From positions 704,001 through 768,000 of the forward strand of contig CBDCCK010000002.1 in NCBI GenBank assembly GCA_965214835.1: a stretch of 64,000 nt of DNA, read 5' to 3'. Position numbers and translations under genes: made by a program. The DNA is from Nitrosopumilaceae archaeon. Lineage in GTDB: Archaea; Thermoproteota; Nitrososphaeria; Nitrososphaerales; Nitrosopumilaceae. Below the pieces are notes generated by a model. The model had not been told where the DNA came from. It made no database searches and saw only the letters and a list, made by a program, of their open reading frames with translations. This document shows positions 10,992-20,841 of this stretch, piece by piece (the stretch's first letter is position 1; the number at the start of each line of letters is the position of its first letter).

Positions 10992-12044
10992 TGTCTTATA
11001 TGGAAATTAGGTTCGCCTAAGATTTTGAGAAAAGCCAAGGAATACTTTACCCTTTACCGATCAAGAAAAACGACGAAAAAGAAAGCACTGACAGAGCGAC
11101 AGATAAGATACGCCACAAGACAGCGTAAGAAGGGCAGGACGCTCAAGGCAATAGCAGAGGAGCTGAAGGTGACGCCCCAGTACGTGGGCAGACTGTGCGC
11201 CGAGTTCGAAAGAACCGGCGTAATACACGTGCAAAAGAGTCCCGGCAGGCCAGCATCGCCGCCGCCCTCAAGCGATGAGGTTCGGACGGTACTTCGCCTG
11301 TACGCCGAGCAGGACATCGGTGTGGTGCGCACGGCCAGGCGTGCAAGGGAGGAATTGAATATAAGCTACAACTCTGTATACAGGATAATGAGTGAGAACA
11401 AGCTGGTCTCAAAGTCTGCTGCAAGATCCGGACAGCGCAAGTGGCTACGCTATGAGCGCAAGTACTCCAACGCAATGTGGCACGTGGACTGGCACGATAT
11501 GAAGGATCCACGCCTGAGAGGGCTCAAATTAGTCACGTTTTTGGACGATTCATCCAGATGTATCATGGCGGCACGGACGTTTGCCGAGGCCACATCAGAA
11601 AACGTGGTGATAACACTCAGGGATGCCATAGACAGATTTGGCACGCCGGCTACCATACTGTCTGACAACGGCAGGTGCTTCAACGGCGGCCGTAGCAAGA
11701 AGAACATGCCAAAGGGGACGTGGAAGCCGACTGCATTTGAGGCCGAGCTGCTGGACCGGGGCATCGGGCTGATAAACTCCAGGCCGTACCATCCGGAGAC
11801 CAACGGCAAGCTGGAACGGTTGCACGGCAGCATAGAGAAGGAAATCCACCACTATGAGAGCCTGGCTGCATACGTGGAGTACTATAACGAGCGCAGGCTG
11901 CACTTTGCACTGGATATCGACAAGTGTGAGACGCCACTGCAGGCCTTTTTGGCAAGGGAGGCTACAGAAGCGATCAGAAAAAAAGACCCAAAATGGATGG
12001 AGAGGGACATCAATGACTAACGAACCTAATTTTCATATAACACA
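10992..12044 (+). mobile_element. IS481-family element
   Basis: TGT...ACA ends with TIRs; 15-bp direct repeat cgaagttttagaaag on both sides. Confidence 0.9.
11025..12020 (+). CDS. IS481 transposase (rve)
   Basis: RYER, WHVDW, LDDSSR, LSDNG, HPETNGKLER, YYNERR.H. Confidence 0.9.
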   Translation: MRKAKEYFTLYRSRKTTKKKALTERQIRYATRQRKKGRTLKAIAEELKVTPQYVGRLCAEFERTGVIHVQKSPGRPASPPPSSDEVRTVLRLYAEQDIGVVRTARRAREELNISYNSVYRIMSENKLVSKSAARSGQRKWLRYERKYSNAMWHVDWHDMKDPRLRGLKLVTFLDDSSRCIMAARTFAEATSENVVITLRDAIDRFGTPATILSDNGRCFNGGRSKKNMPKGTWKPTAFEAELLDRGIGLINSRPYHPETNGKLERLHGSIEKEIHHYESLAAYVEYYNERRLHFALDIDKCETPLQAFLAREATEAIRKKDPKWMERDIND

Positions 12045-12336
12045 CGAAGTTTTAGAAAGATATAAGGTTTAATACATGAACAGTATCCATGTGAATTCTT
12101 TTTAAGCATTTTCCCGGATTTCGTGACATGGTGCATGGCTTTCGCTAGGGTTGATCCACTTCCAAAGGATGGGCGGACATGTATCCATTCGGGGCTTTCC
12201 CCCAGTACCATCTTCATCCATTTGTTAGGCGATCCCGCAGTTAGTTCCCCGAGGCATTATCCTCATACTGATAACGCGGTAAATTCCTAACCATGATATC
12301 CATTTGAAACGTTTCATGCCGTCGGGTGCAAGCATA

Positions 12337-12440
12337 TCCTATAAGATCATTGGGTGGGTGGGTGGGGGCTAGGGGGTGGACACCCCTACCACGACCGCAC
12401 CATGCAGCCTTGTGAACGTCCAGTCCCACGTATATCATGC
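12337..12440 (-). mobile_element. Internally deleted IS110-family remnant
   Basis: MIYVGLDVHK N-terminal motif joined directly to a hairpin and a CCCA-repeat end. Confidence 0.5.
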
Positions 12441-12585
12441 CCTTACTACGTCGATGGGTAATGAATTTGTTTGCCTTCCCTGACGCCTTCCTGGGCTTTG
12501 GCGTATCAGCGGAGGTACCACCTGATCGCCGCATTTTCGATGTCTTCACATATGGTTAGTTCCGATTGTAACCCCGCAGCCTGCC

Positions 12586-13780
12586 TCAGTCCGGATCAGG
12601 GGGCTTTTTGATCCGTACGCTTGTGAGCTGCCTGATGATGCGGGCAAGCAGCACCTTGAGCTTGACTGCTTTTTTCTTGCTCCCAAATCTTGCGATCATC
12701 CAGATGTTCGACATGGCAAGTGCCAGGTAGAACAGCATGAGCCTTATGGAGTCGTTCCGGCTGCAGGTGAGCGGCTTGGATCTCTTGGCGTCGCGGTATC
12801 CGGTCTCTATGCCCCACCTCTTGCGGTACTCCTCGGGAAGCTCCAGCAGGTCCTCGCGGGTGCAGCCGGTCATGTTGGTAAGAAAGGCGATGTGGAACTT
12901 TTTCTTCTTCTTGTCCTCCCTTTCCAGTATTATCATGTTGCATGTTATCTTGTCGCTGCCCGATGATACCGTATACCTGCTGACTGCATCCCTCCTGCCA
13001 TCGACGTACTCCTCTATGGCCCTCTTCACTGCCTCGGTGAGCCTGGCAGGAGTCACGAACTTCATCCGGGCACCCCTGACGGCCTTGAACACGCCGACGG
13101 AGTAAAACTCCCTGTCCATCAGAACCAGCCACGGCCTGATGCCCGCTCCCCTGGTAGTCTGCAGCAGTTTACGCACGAATTCGGGGTTGAATCCGTCCCT
13201 GGTGACCTGAAGGCACGCAAGGTGCACCTGGTGCTCCTCTCCGACGGTCCTTGCCGTAATGTAGGCCTCGGCCGTGTTGGTGCCCGGCCCCCTGTACTTT
13301 ATCTTGTGGGTCATGTCCGGCTTGTGGTCGTACCTGGGAATCTTGGTCTTGTCGATGGCGATTATCGGGTTCCTGCTGATCAGGCCGCCATCTATAGAGT
13401 CCCTGACCGTCCTGCCTAGGATCCGGTCTGCCTTCCTGTGCATCGTCTCGTACCGTATCTGACCCAGCTTGCCAAGCAGCCAGTCGGCGCCGGGGCTGCG
13501 GCCCGTAGAATCCCGGAGCGACTCCGAGATCCTCGTGGCCTAACGTGTAAGGATATACCGCAGAGGGGCTGCGGCCCGTAGAATCCCGGAGCGACTCCGA
13601 GGCCTGCTCGGCGCACATGCGCTCCTTGGACATCGTTGCCAGAAGAGCCGCGGCATCCACCTCGTTGTATATCGCGTTGGGCCTGTCAGAGAACCTCATG
13701 CCTATGGATGAGACGGCTGCTTGGTACATTTTGCGCTCCCTGTGTCCGCACAGCTGAACAACCTTGTCCCGTTTTGGCAT
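12586..13780 (-). pseudogene. ISH3 transposase frameshifted by a 73-bp insertion-duplication
   Basis: IAIDKT, LMDREFY, YRKRWGIETGYR; deleting 73 bp at 13492-13601 restores one ORF. Confidence 0.88.
13492..13601. repeat. 37-bp repeat / 36-bp unique insert / 37-bp repeat
   Basis: ggggctgcggcccgtagaatcccggagcgactccgag at 13492-13528 and 13565-13601. Confidence 0.95.
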
Positions 13781-13906
13781 GCAGGTACTGCCTGGCCCCC
13801 GTCTATAGATCTGGTTGATCAGAAAAACCTGTCATTTTACTGTATTTTCAGGCCACAATCGGAACTACTGATGAACAGTAGTTGAAAATGTACCCCACAA
13901 ATCCCG

Positions 13907-15131
13907 CTAGCCGGGATCGTGCCGCCGTCCTGCTCTTGCCCGGCATGCATCCTGGGCACAAAAGGCCATTGCATAAACGGCCACCAGAGTCACCAGCGCC
14001 TGCAGCGTCATGCTGCGGATCCTGGGATCATCCGAATCCCTCATTGTCAGCCATATGTTGCATACTGCAAGCGATACGTAGAACAAAAACATCCGCAGTG
14101 CCGGGTTCTTGCTGGTGGTCCGCGGCCTGATGCTCTTGGCACAGCGGTATCCGGTCTCTATGCCCCACCTGTCCCGGTACTCCTCTGTCACATAGTCTAT
14201 CAGCTCCGCATAGCCGCGACAGCGCTGCGTGGTCGCAAACACGTGGTACCGATCAAAGATGTTCTTTGCCTTGGATTTGGGGATCTTCTTGATGACCAGC
14301 GTGAACGTGAACCTCTTGCCGTCAGATGATTCCAGTGTATACCTTGATACTGCCGGCCTCCTGCCGCGGGCATGCTGTACTATGGCCTTCTTTATCCCGG
14401 GCGTCTTGACTGCGGGCATGATGAACGCAAACCCCATCTGCGATATCACAGACATCACGGCCACCGAAAAGAACCCCCTGTCAAGCAGGACGACGCTGCG
14501 CCTTGACCAGAGCCTGGCCTTGATGCCCAGGGCGATGCATTTTCGGAGCATATCACGCACCAAATCGGCCTTTTCGTCGCCCCGCCTCGCCGGGCTACAG
14601 GCCGTATGCACGTCGGGGCCGGCCTTGGATGTCAGCTTGCACGTCATGTACTCCTAAGTTGACGGTGCCCCTGTCGTGCTTTGACTTTACCAGGTGCTTC
14701 ATGTCGGGGTTCTTGTCGTACCTGGGCATCTTGGTCTCGTCTATGGCAACGACTGCCGCCCTGCGGCTTCTTCGGAGGGCGCGCAGCTGTGTACTCACCG
14801 CCTCGACTGCCGTGCAGTGCAGCATCGCGTCGCATCTTTTCCTCATCGTGTACGGTTTCATGGATTTCAGCTTCCCGAGAAGCCAGGCCGAGGTGGGCAC
14901 CGCGACCTTGGCACCCTCCATCTTGAGGTACAGGCGGTTTTGAACGGTCTCGTTTGCACATTTGGAGTGCTCACACATGGCCACGACCAGGTGGGCGGCG
15001 TCGGCCAGGCCCCACATGGCGTTGTGCCTTGAGGAGAACTTGATCTGCAGCAGGCCCATTGCGGCGACCAGCAGCTTGAACTTGCTCTGTCCGTAGCTTG
15101 TCCGGTGTTTCTGTTTGCCCTGCTTGCCCAT
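13907..15131 (-). pseudogene. ISH3 transposase, frameshifted near 14655
   Basis: VAIDET, LLDRGFF and YRDRWGIETGYR split across two ORFs. Confidence 0.85.
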
Positions 15132-15202
15132 CAGGGTAGACTGGAACGGCGTTGTTTATAGATCGACTGGCCAAAAAATCATGTCAGTCAGTTCAAAACA
15201 AT

Positions 15203-16255
15203 TGTCTTATACAGAAATTAGGTCCGCCTAAGATAAGGCGTACGATCGCTGACTATTTCAGGCTGTACCGATCAGATAAAGACATGACAAGAAAGATGTC
15301 GGACAAAGAGATCAGGTATATCGTCAAGGGACGTAATGCCGGAAAGAGCGCCACGTCGCTGGCCCGTGACATGAAGGTGACGCCACGGCACGTGAGGAGG
15401 ATTTACGCCAGGTACCGCCGGACCGGAAAGATGCATGTGCAACAAAAGGCTGGAAGAAAGGCCGCACCGCAGCCCGCGGCAGGCCAGGTGCAGGCAGTCT
15501 TGGACATGCACTGTATAGAGCACGTGGGCGTGATGCGCACTGCCATGCGCCTGCAGGATGCAGGTCACATTATAAGCTACAACAGCGTATATCGGATAAT
15601 GAAGGAGCAAAGACTCGTTACTGCATCAGATACCAAGTCGGGCCAAAAGAAATGGCTGCGCTATGAGCGCAAGTACTCCAACGCAATGTGGCACGTGGAC
15701 TGGCACGAAATGAAGGATCCACGCCTGAGAGGGCTCAAATTAGTCACGTTTTTGGACGATTCCTCCCGGTGTGTCACGGCGGCACGGACGTTTGCAGATG
15801 CCACATCAGAAAACGTGGTGATAACACTCAGGGAGGCCATAGGCAGGTTTGGCAAGCCGGCCACCATACTGTCTGACAACGGCAGGTGCTTCAACGGCGG
15901 CCGCAGCAAGAAGAACATGCCACGCGGGACGTGGACGCCGACTGCCTTTGAGGCCGAGCTGCTGGATCGGGGCATCGGGCTGATAAACTCCAGGCCGTAC
16001 CATCCGGAGACCAACGGCAAGTTGGAACGGCTCCACGGCAGCATAGAGGCTGAGATCCGCCACTATGAGAGCTTGGATGCATACATCAAGTATTACAACG
16101 AGCGCAGGCTACACTTTGGGCTGGACATAGCCCACCGCCAGACACCCATCATGGCGTTCTCGGACAAAACTGCCACAGAAGCGATCAGGAAATCCGACCC
16201 AAAATGGATGGAGAGGGACATCAATGAATAGCGGACATTATTTCCATATAACACA
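15203..16255 (+). mobile_element. IS481-family element
   Basis: TGT...ACA ends; 16-bp direct repeat gtcagttcaaaacaat. Confidence 0.9.
15284..16231 (+). CDS. IS481 transposase
   Basis: Same catalytic motifs as 11025-12020, divergent N-terminus. Confidence 0.88.
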   Translation: MTRKMSDKEIRYIVKGRNAGKSATSLARDMKVTPRHVRRIYARYRRTGKMHVQQKAGRKAAPQPAAGQVQAVLDMHCIEHVGVMRTAMRLQDAGHIISYNSVYRIMKEQRLVTASDTKSGQKKWLRYERKYSNAMWHVDWHEMKDPRLRGLKLVTFLDDSSRCVTAARTFADATSENVVITLREAIGRFGKPATILSDNGRCFNGGRSKKNMPRGTWTPTAFEAELLDRGIGLINSRPYHPETNGKLERLHGSIEAEIRHYESLDAYIKYYNERRLHFGLDIAHRQTPIMAFSDKTATEAIRKSDPKWMERDINE

Positions 16256-16361
16256 GTCAGTTCAAAACAATCAGACACTTAAAAAGGGGGTACATTTTCA
16301 ACTACTGATGAACATAATCGGCAGAATTTTTTCTTTTATTTTAAGAAGCAGGCTACCTTCT

Positions 16362-16622
16362 ATGACAAAAGGTCCGTTGATTAACATAGTAGATCATAAC
16401 CGGATAGAAAACGCTAATGATTTTTATCTTAAGGCTGATGTTGGCATCAACAGATATTTTGCTACGCTAATCTGTCCCAAATGTCAAGATATGATCCCCC
16501 TCACCTCCAATCATACGAAAATCATCGGCAGAGATGGCAAAATCACTTTAGATCCAAGTGTATTACATGAAGATTGTGGAGCCCATTTCTTCATCAAAGA
16601 TAACATAATCTATTTCGTCTAA
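16362..16622 (+). CDS. DUF6527-like metal-binding protein
   Basis: CPKC...ITLDPSV...CGAHFFIKDN pattern. Confidence 0.7.
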   Translation: MTKGPLINIVDHNRIENANDFYLKADVGINRYFATLICPKCQDMIPLTSNHTKIIGRDGKITLDPSVLHEDCGAHFFIKDNIIYFV

Positions 16623-16707
16623 TCAAATTGTTTGAATTTAGATCGCAGTGTTTTTAGTTTATATTAGGACTTGATCAACATGAAATTTGAAAACAGTGAG
16701 AGGTTAA

Positions 16708-17142
16708 ATGATGAGTGAAAGTAAAGATGGTTTCAATGTCAAAGTTTATGGTTGCATCCAAAAAGAATTAAAGATTAACCAGCCAAAAATTACTTTACAA
16801 AAAATATCAAAAATATTAGAAATTGATGAAAAAACATCTTATGTTGTTGATGGCAAAGTACTTGATCCTAATGAAGAAATACAATTACATGATGGCATAG
16901 AATTGGAATGTAGATTAATTAGTAAAGTAGAACCAATCTATCATGTCAAGGTATTTGGATGTACCCAAAAAGAATTAGAATTTGATAAACAAATCGTTAC
17001 TCTAAGTGAAGTATCTAAAAAGGCCGGACTGTCAGAAGATACTTTATACATTATAGATGGTAAGAGTGAAAGTGCATCTACTGAAATAACATTAACTGAT
17101 GGTATTGAATTGGAATGCAAAAAGCTTGGCAGGGATAGTTAG
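16708..17142 (+). CDS. Tandem ubiquitin-like (beta-grasp) protein
   Basis: Two ~65-aa repeats VKV.GC.QKEL...Y..DGK......I.L.DGIELEC; operon context. Confidence 0.65.
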   Translation: MMSESKDGFNVKVYGCIQKELKINQPKITLQKISKILEIDEKTSYVVDGKVLDPNEEIQLHDGIELECRLISKVEPIYHVKVFGCTQKELEFDKQIVTLSEVSKKAGLSEDTLYIIDGKSESASTEITLTDGIELECKKLGRDS

Positions 17143-17506
17143 TCCCATAATTGCTCAGTATATTGAAAAATTACAAGAGTTAGGATACAATGCACGATAT
17201 TTTGATTCCAAAAATATTTTACTGGTAGGTTATGGCTTGCCTCCCGGTTGGCATCAAACCATTACTGATTTGCTAATGAACATTCCTCCAGATCTTAACA
17301 ATGGCATACATGGTATTCAGATACCAGCCACACTAAAACACGATATAGATAAGAAATTATCGATACAAAGAAGACCAAATCACTATGTTCAAGGATGGGA
17401 CTTGTTATCTTGTATGTTAGATCAATCTCTTTGTGATGAAAATATTCTAAGAAATCACATGATACTTGTTAACAGAATATTATCTTTTCAGGAGCATAAA
17501 GCATAA
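17126..17506 (+). CDS. Prokaryotic E2-like protein (E2 family E / BubB-like)
   Basis: L..LG...LL..Y.LPPGW....TDLL..IP pattern; W..LS; lies between the Ubl and E1 genes. Confidence 0.6.
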   Translation: MAGIVSPIIAQYIEKLQELGYNARYFDSKNILLVGYGLPPGWHQTITDLLMNIPPDLNNGIHGIQIPATLKHDIDKKLSIQRRPNHYVQGWDLLSCMLDQSLCDENILRNHMILVNRILSFQEHKA

Positions 17507-18255
17507 TGATAGATTATGATTCATACTTGCTTACAGACAAACTCTATGAATTATTACCAAATATCTCTGTGTCAATTGTGGGTTTAGGAGGAGCAGGTTC
17601 TGTATTATGTCAAAGCCTGGCTCATATTGGAATACGCAAATTTGTTCTAGTTGATGATGACGATGTTGAGATGGACAATCTCAAAAAGCTAATAGGTAGT
17701 ACTCCTCAAGATACATTCAAACCAAAACATTATGTGATGGAACGTCTAATCAACAGCATTACTGGAAATGATGCCAAAGTCGAAATTATTCCATCTAAAT
17801 TTAATCGAGATAGTACTGATGAAATAAAAAACAAACTACTTGAAACCAATTTTATTTTTTTATGTGTAGATGATCCATCAGATAGTGAAGACATTAATAA
17901 TTTTTGTGTAAAAAATAAAAAACCTTTCGTGTATTTGGGTGTTGGAATGGAGAAAGAAGAATCAAACATTACATCTCTTGTTGGAAACGTGATATTGGTA
18001 CGGCCAGGAGATCCTTGTTTAGACTGCTACAATGTAAATAGCAAGTTACCGTATCTGAATAATAAAATTCCATATACGTATATTCATTCAATTGTTTCAA
18101 ATTTGGCCGTCTGGGAATTTTTAAAATTTATCACTGGTTTTGGTGACCTCTCTCATATGGTTTTTTATGACGCACTACAACAAACTGTTGAAAAATCCAT
18201 GATAAGTTCCACACTTTGTCGCTGTAATGTATGCAAAGATATTGGATATTCTTAA
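17506..18255 (+). CDS. ThiF/E1-like adenylyltransferase
   Basis: VGLGGAGS, VDDDDVE.DNL, CVD, PCLDC, C-terminal CxxC. Confidence 0.9.
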   Translation: MIDYDSYLLTDKLYELLPNISVSIVGLGGAGSVLCQSLAHIGIRKFVLVDDDDVEMDNLKKLIGSTPQDTFKPKHYVMERLINSITGNDAKVEIIPSKFNRDSTDEIKNKLLETNFIFLCVDDPSDSEDINNFCVKNKKPFVYLGVGMEKEESNITSLVGNVILVRPGDPCLDCYNVNSKLPYLNNKIPYTYIHSIVSNLAVWEFLKFITGFGDLSHMVFYDALQQTVEKSMISSTLCRCNVCKDIGYS

Positions 18256-18257
18256 TA

Positions 18258-19749
18258 GACTTTATGCGTAATTGGCCCATCTGATCTAAAAATATGACGC
18301 GGCAGATCATGGCCTGCATACCTGCAAACCTAAAGATCAGCAATGACCCTGTGACGGTATGGGCCCGGATGACAGGCTTCTCCATGAGCTGCAGGAACAG
18401 AACAGGGGGCTAGTCGAGCAGAACGAGCGCCTGAGGAACCGGCTTGCGTTCGAGGACTCGTTGTGGCAGTCCGAGGAGAACAGGGGGGAAAGGGCCGCGC
18501 GCGGCGTCGGCGGCGGCACGCTGCGGATGCACGCAATCGAGCTTGTAGACGGCATGATCGGCGACCCGGCGCGCCTTTGCGGCATCACGGGATGCACAAG
18601 GGAGTCGTTTGGGATCATACTGGAGCGCTTTACAGATACGGTCATGGACGACGAGGACAGGCCCCTGTTCTGGGAGGACGACGCGAGGAGCAGGGACGCG
18701 AGAAACCGGCGCAGGCTGCACGTCAGGCACGCGCTGTTTGCGGTACTCATGAGCCTGAGGACCGGCGCGACGCAGCAGCACCTGGCGGCAACGCTCGATG
18801 TCGACCAGTCCACCATGTCCAGGTACCTCCGGTACTGCATCGTAATACTCCATCAGATACTGCCTATTGCCGAAAAGATGACAGACGTGATCCGCAGAAC
18901 CCCGGCAGACAGGATAGAGGAGAAGCTGATCCCGAAAAGGACGATCCTGATCGACGGCACCCTGACTCCCGCAGGCAGGCCGTGGGACAGAACCGCAAGA
19001 AAGACCCGGTACGCGGGAAGAAGAAAGCGGCACACGTACGACACGCCGGTCACCGTGAACCTGGATGGCCTACTCATACTGCACTGCGACGATACCGCGA
19101 ACGGCAGCGTCAACGACAAGGGCGTGATGAACGCAGGGGGCGGCCCGGACTTTGGAAGGCACACCGGATCAATGAGGAATGCAAAAAACGCAGACGATCC
19201 GGAAGAGGCGTTTGTCGTTTACAGCGACCTGGGATTTGAGGGCATTCAAAAGATGCTTCCGGGCGCCATACACAGGCAGCCCCCAAAGAAGCCCAGGGAC
19301 GGGGATCTTACTGCAACGCAAAAGAGGCGCCGCAGGCAGATAAGCAGGGTTCGCGTCAGAGTGGAGCACCACATAGGGCGGCTCAAAAGATATGGCATTC
19401 TTACCATGCCGTTTGGCGGAACTGCCAAGGATCTCAATTATTTCATGCAGATAATCACGGGTCTTGAGAACCTCAAGACTATGCTGAAAAGGAAAAAACA
19501 CTACGGCCAGCTGCTGCAGCAGCTGCATCTGCTGCCAGACACATGACATACGGCGGTACGGACCGCCATTCTTTCTGACTTGTCAGCGGGGCACATTGCT
19601 GTGCTGCATGGTTGCGCACGTTCTTTTGGCGCAACTGACTTTTACGTGCGTCATGACACGAGATGCATGCGGTAATTTGATCCGATCAGCGCGTTTGCGT
19701 TTGGAAAAGCCTACGGAATTTTTAATCACGGTCGATTACGCATAAAGTC
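18258..19749 (+). mobile_element. IS5/ISL2-like element, copy B2
   Basis: Same TIRs as B1, TA flanks, inverted relative to B1. Confidence 0.9.
18359..19546 (+). CDS. DDE_Tnp_4 transposase
   Basis: DQSTMSRY, IDGT, SDLGF, RVRVEHHIGRLK. Confidence 0.9.
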   Translation: MGPDDRLLHELQEQNRGLVEQNERLRNRLAFEDSLWQSEENRGERAARGVGGGTLRMHAIELVDGMIGDPARLCGITGCTRESFGIILERFTDTVMDDEDRPLFWEDDARSRDARNRRRLHVRHALFAVLMSLRTGATQQHLAATLDVDQSTMSRYLRYCIVILHQILPIAEKMTDVIRRTPADRIEEKLIPKRTILIDGTLTPAGRPWDRTARKTRYAGRRKRHTYDTPVTVNLDGLLILHCDDTANGSVNDKGVMNAGGGPDFGRHTGSMRNAKNADDPEEAFVVYSDLGFEGIQKMLPGAIHRQPPKKPRDGDLTATQKRRRRQISRVRVRVEHHIGRLKRYGILTMPFGGTAKDLNYFMQIITGLENLKTMLKRKKHYGQLLQQLHLLPDT

Positions 19750-19757
19750 TAGTATGT

Positions 19758-20777
19758 ATGGCAAAAGAAACAGACATCCTGTCAGAGGCCATGCGCAAAG
19801 AAAAGGATGCCAAAGTCTACAAGAAGATCATGGCGCTGATGTTTGTGCTAGAAGACGACATGGGCGTACCCGAGACTGCAAGAAAGATCCGGTGCAGTGA
19901 GAATTCCGTGCGTAACTGGCTGGCGAGGTTTTCGGAGGGCGGCATAGACGGTCTCCGGGATCTTCCCCGTTCCGGATGCAGGCCAAAGGTGGACAGGAAA
20001 AGTATTGCAGCCATAATGGATCTGTCTACTGCATGCAAAAGTACCGATGTCATGACGGTACGCGATGACATAAGGGATGCCACCGGCATACAATACAGTA
20101 TAGAGCATGTCCGGAGAATGATGCGCCAGCATGGCCTGTCGCGCCGCAAGGTGCAAAACATACATGTCAACCATGCCACCCCAAGCTCGGTATACTCGTG
20201 GCAGTGGTATCTTGAAAACGTGCGTATTCCGTGCCTGAAAAACGACGGTTTTACGCTGGTGTCATCTGATGAGGCGTTCTTCGTGCAGGGCGCATATGAC
20301 AGATACGTGTGGGATCCGGTCGGCACCAGAAGCGTGGCATCGTACTCTGGAGACCACACAAAGGTGGCCGTGTTTGGAAGCATCGCAGAAGACGGCAGAA
20401 GGCTGTTCAGGACGTTTACGGGATCCTTTACGTCGGTGCAGTTCATAGAATGTCTGGAGGCGCTGCGCGCCAAGTTTGGTAAGGTTGCCGTCTTTTGCGA
20501 CAGGTGGAGTGTGCACAGATCTACTGATGTCGCAGAATATCTGGTCGACCATCCCTATGTCAAACTGATAATGATCCCGAAAGGATCGCCGTACCTCAAT
20601 ATCGTGGAAGAATGCTGGAACTTGGGCAAGCCTGTCGTTTTCAGGGGGATAGTGTACAGGAAAATCAGCGAGCTACGGCATGCCATATCCGAGTACTACA
20701 GGACGGTGTCGTTTGCCCACCTTAGCATGTACAAGTACATTTACAGATCGCCGGTCAAAGCCCTCAATTACTTGTGA
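19758..20777 (+). CDS. IS630-family transposase
   Basis: W..RF..GG.DGL.D.PRSG, DEA, SPYLNIVEECW. Confidence 0.88.
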   Translation: MAKETDILSEAMRKEKDAKVYKKIMALMFVLEDDMGVPETARKIRCSENSVRNWLARFSEGGIDGLRDLPRSGCRPKVDRKSIAAIMDLSTACKSTDVMTVRDDIRDATGIQYSIEHVRRMMRQHGLSRRKVQNIHVNHATPSSVYSWQWYLENVRIPCLKNDGFTLVSSDEAFFVQGAYDRYVWDPVGTRSVASYSGDHTKVAVFGSIAEDGRRLFRTFTGSFTSVQFIECLEALRAKFGKVAVFCDRWSVHRSTDVAEYLVDHPYVKLIMIPKGSPYLNIVEECWNLGKPVVFRGIVYRKISELRHAISEYYRTVSFAHLSMYKYIYRSPVKALNYL

Positions 20778-20841
20778 CCGTTGCTATAAGATAAGGCGTA
20801 CGATCGCTGACTATTTCAGGCTGTACCGATCAGATAAAGAT

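Larger units (their letters stand above)
12554..13870 (-). mobile_element. ISH3 (IS4-like) element 1
   Basis: Ends tagttccgattgt / acaatcggaactactg. Confidence 0.8.
13876..16307 (-). mobile_element. ISH3 element 2 with nested IS481
   Basis: TIRs CAGTAGTTGAAAATGTACCCC / GGGGTACATTTTCAACTACTG; 5-bp TSD atgaa. Confidence 0.9.
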
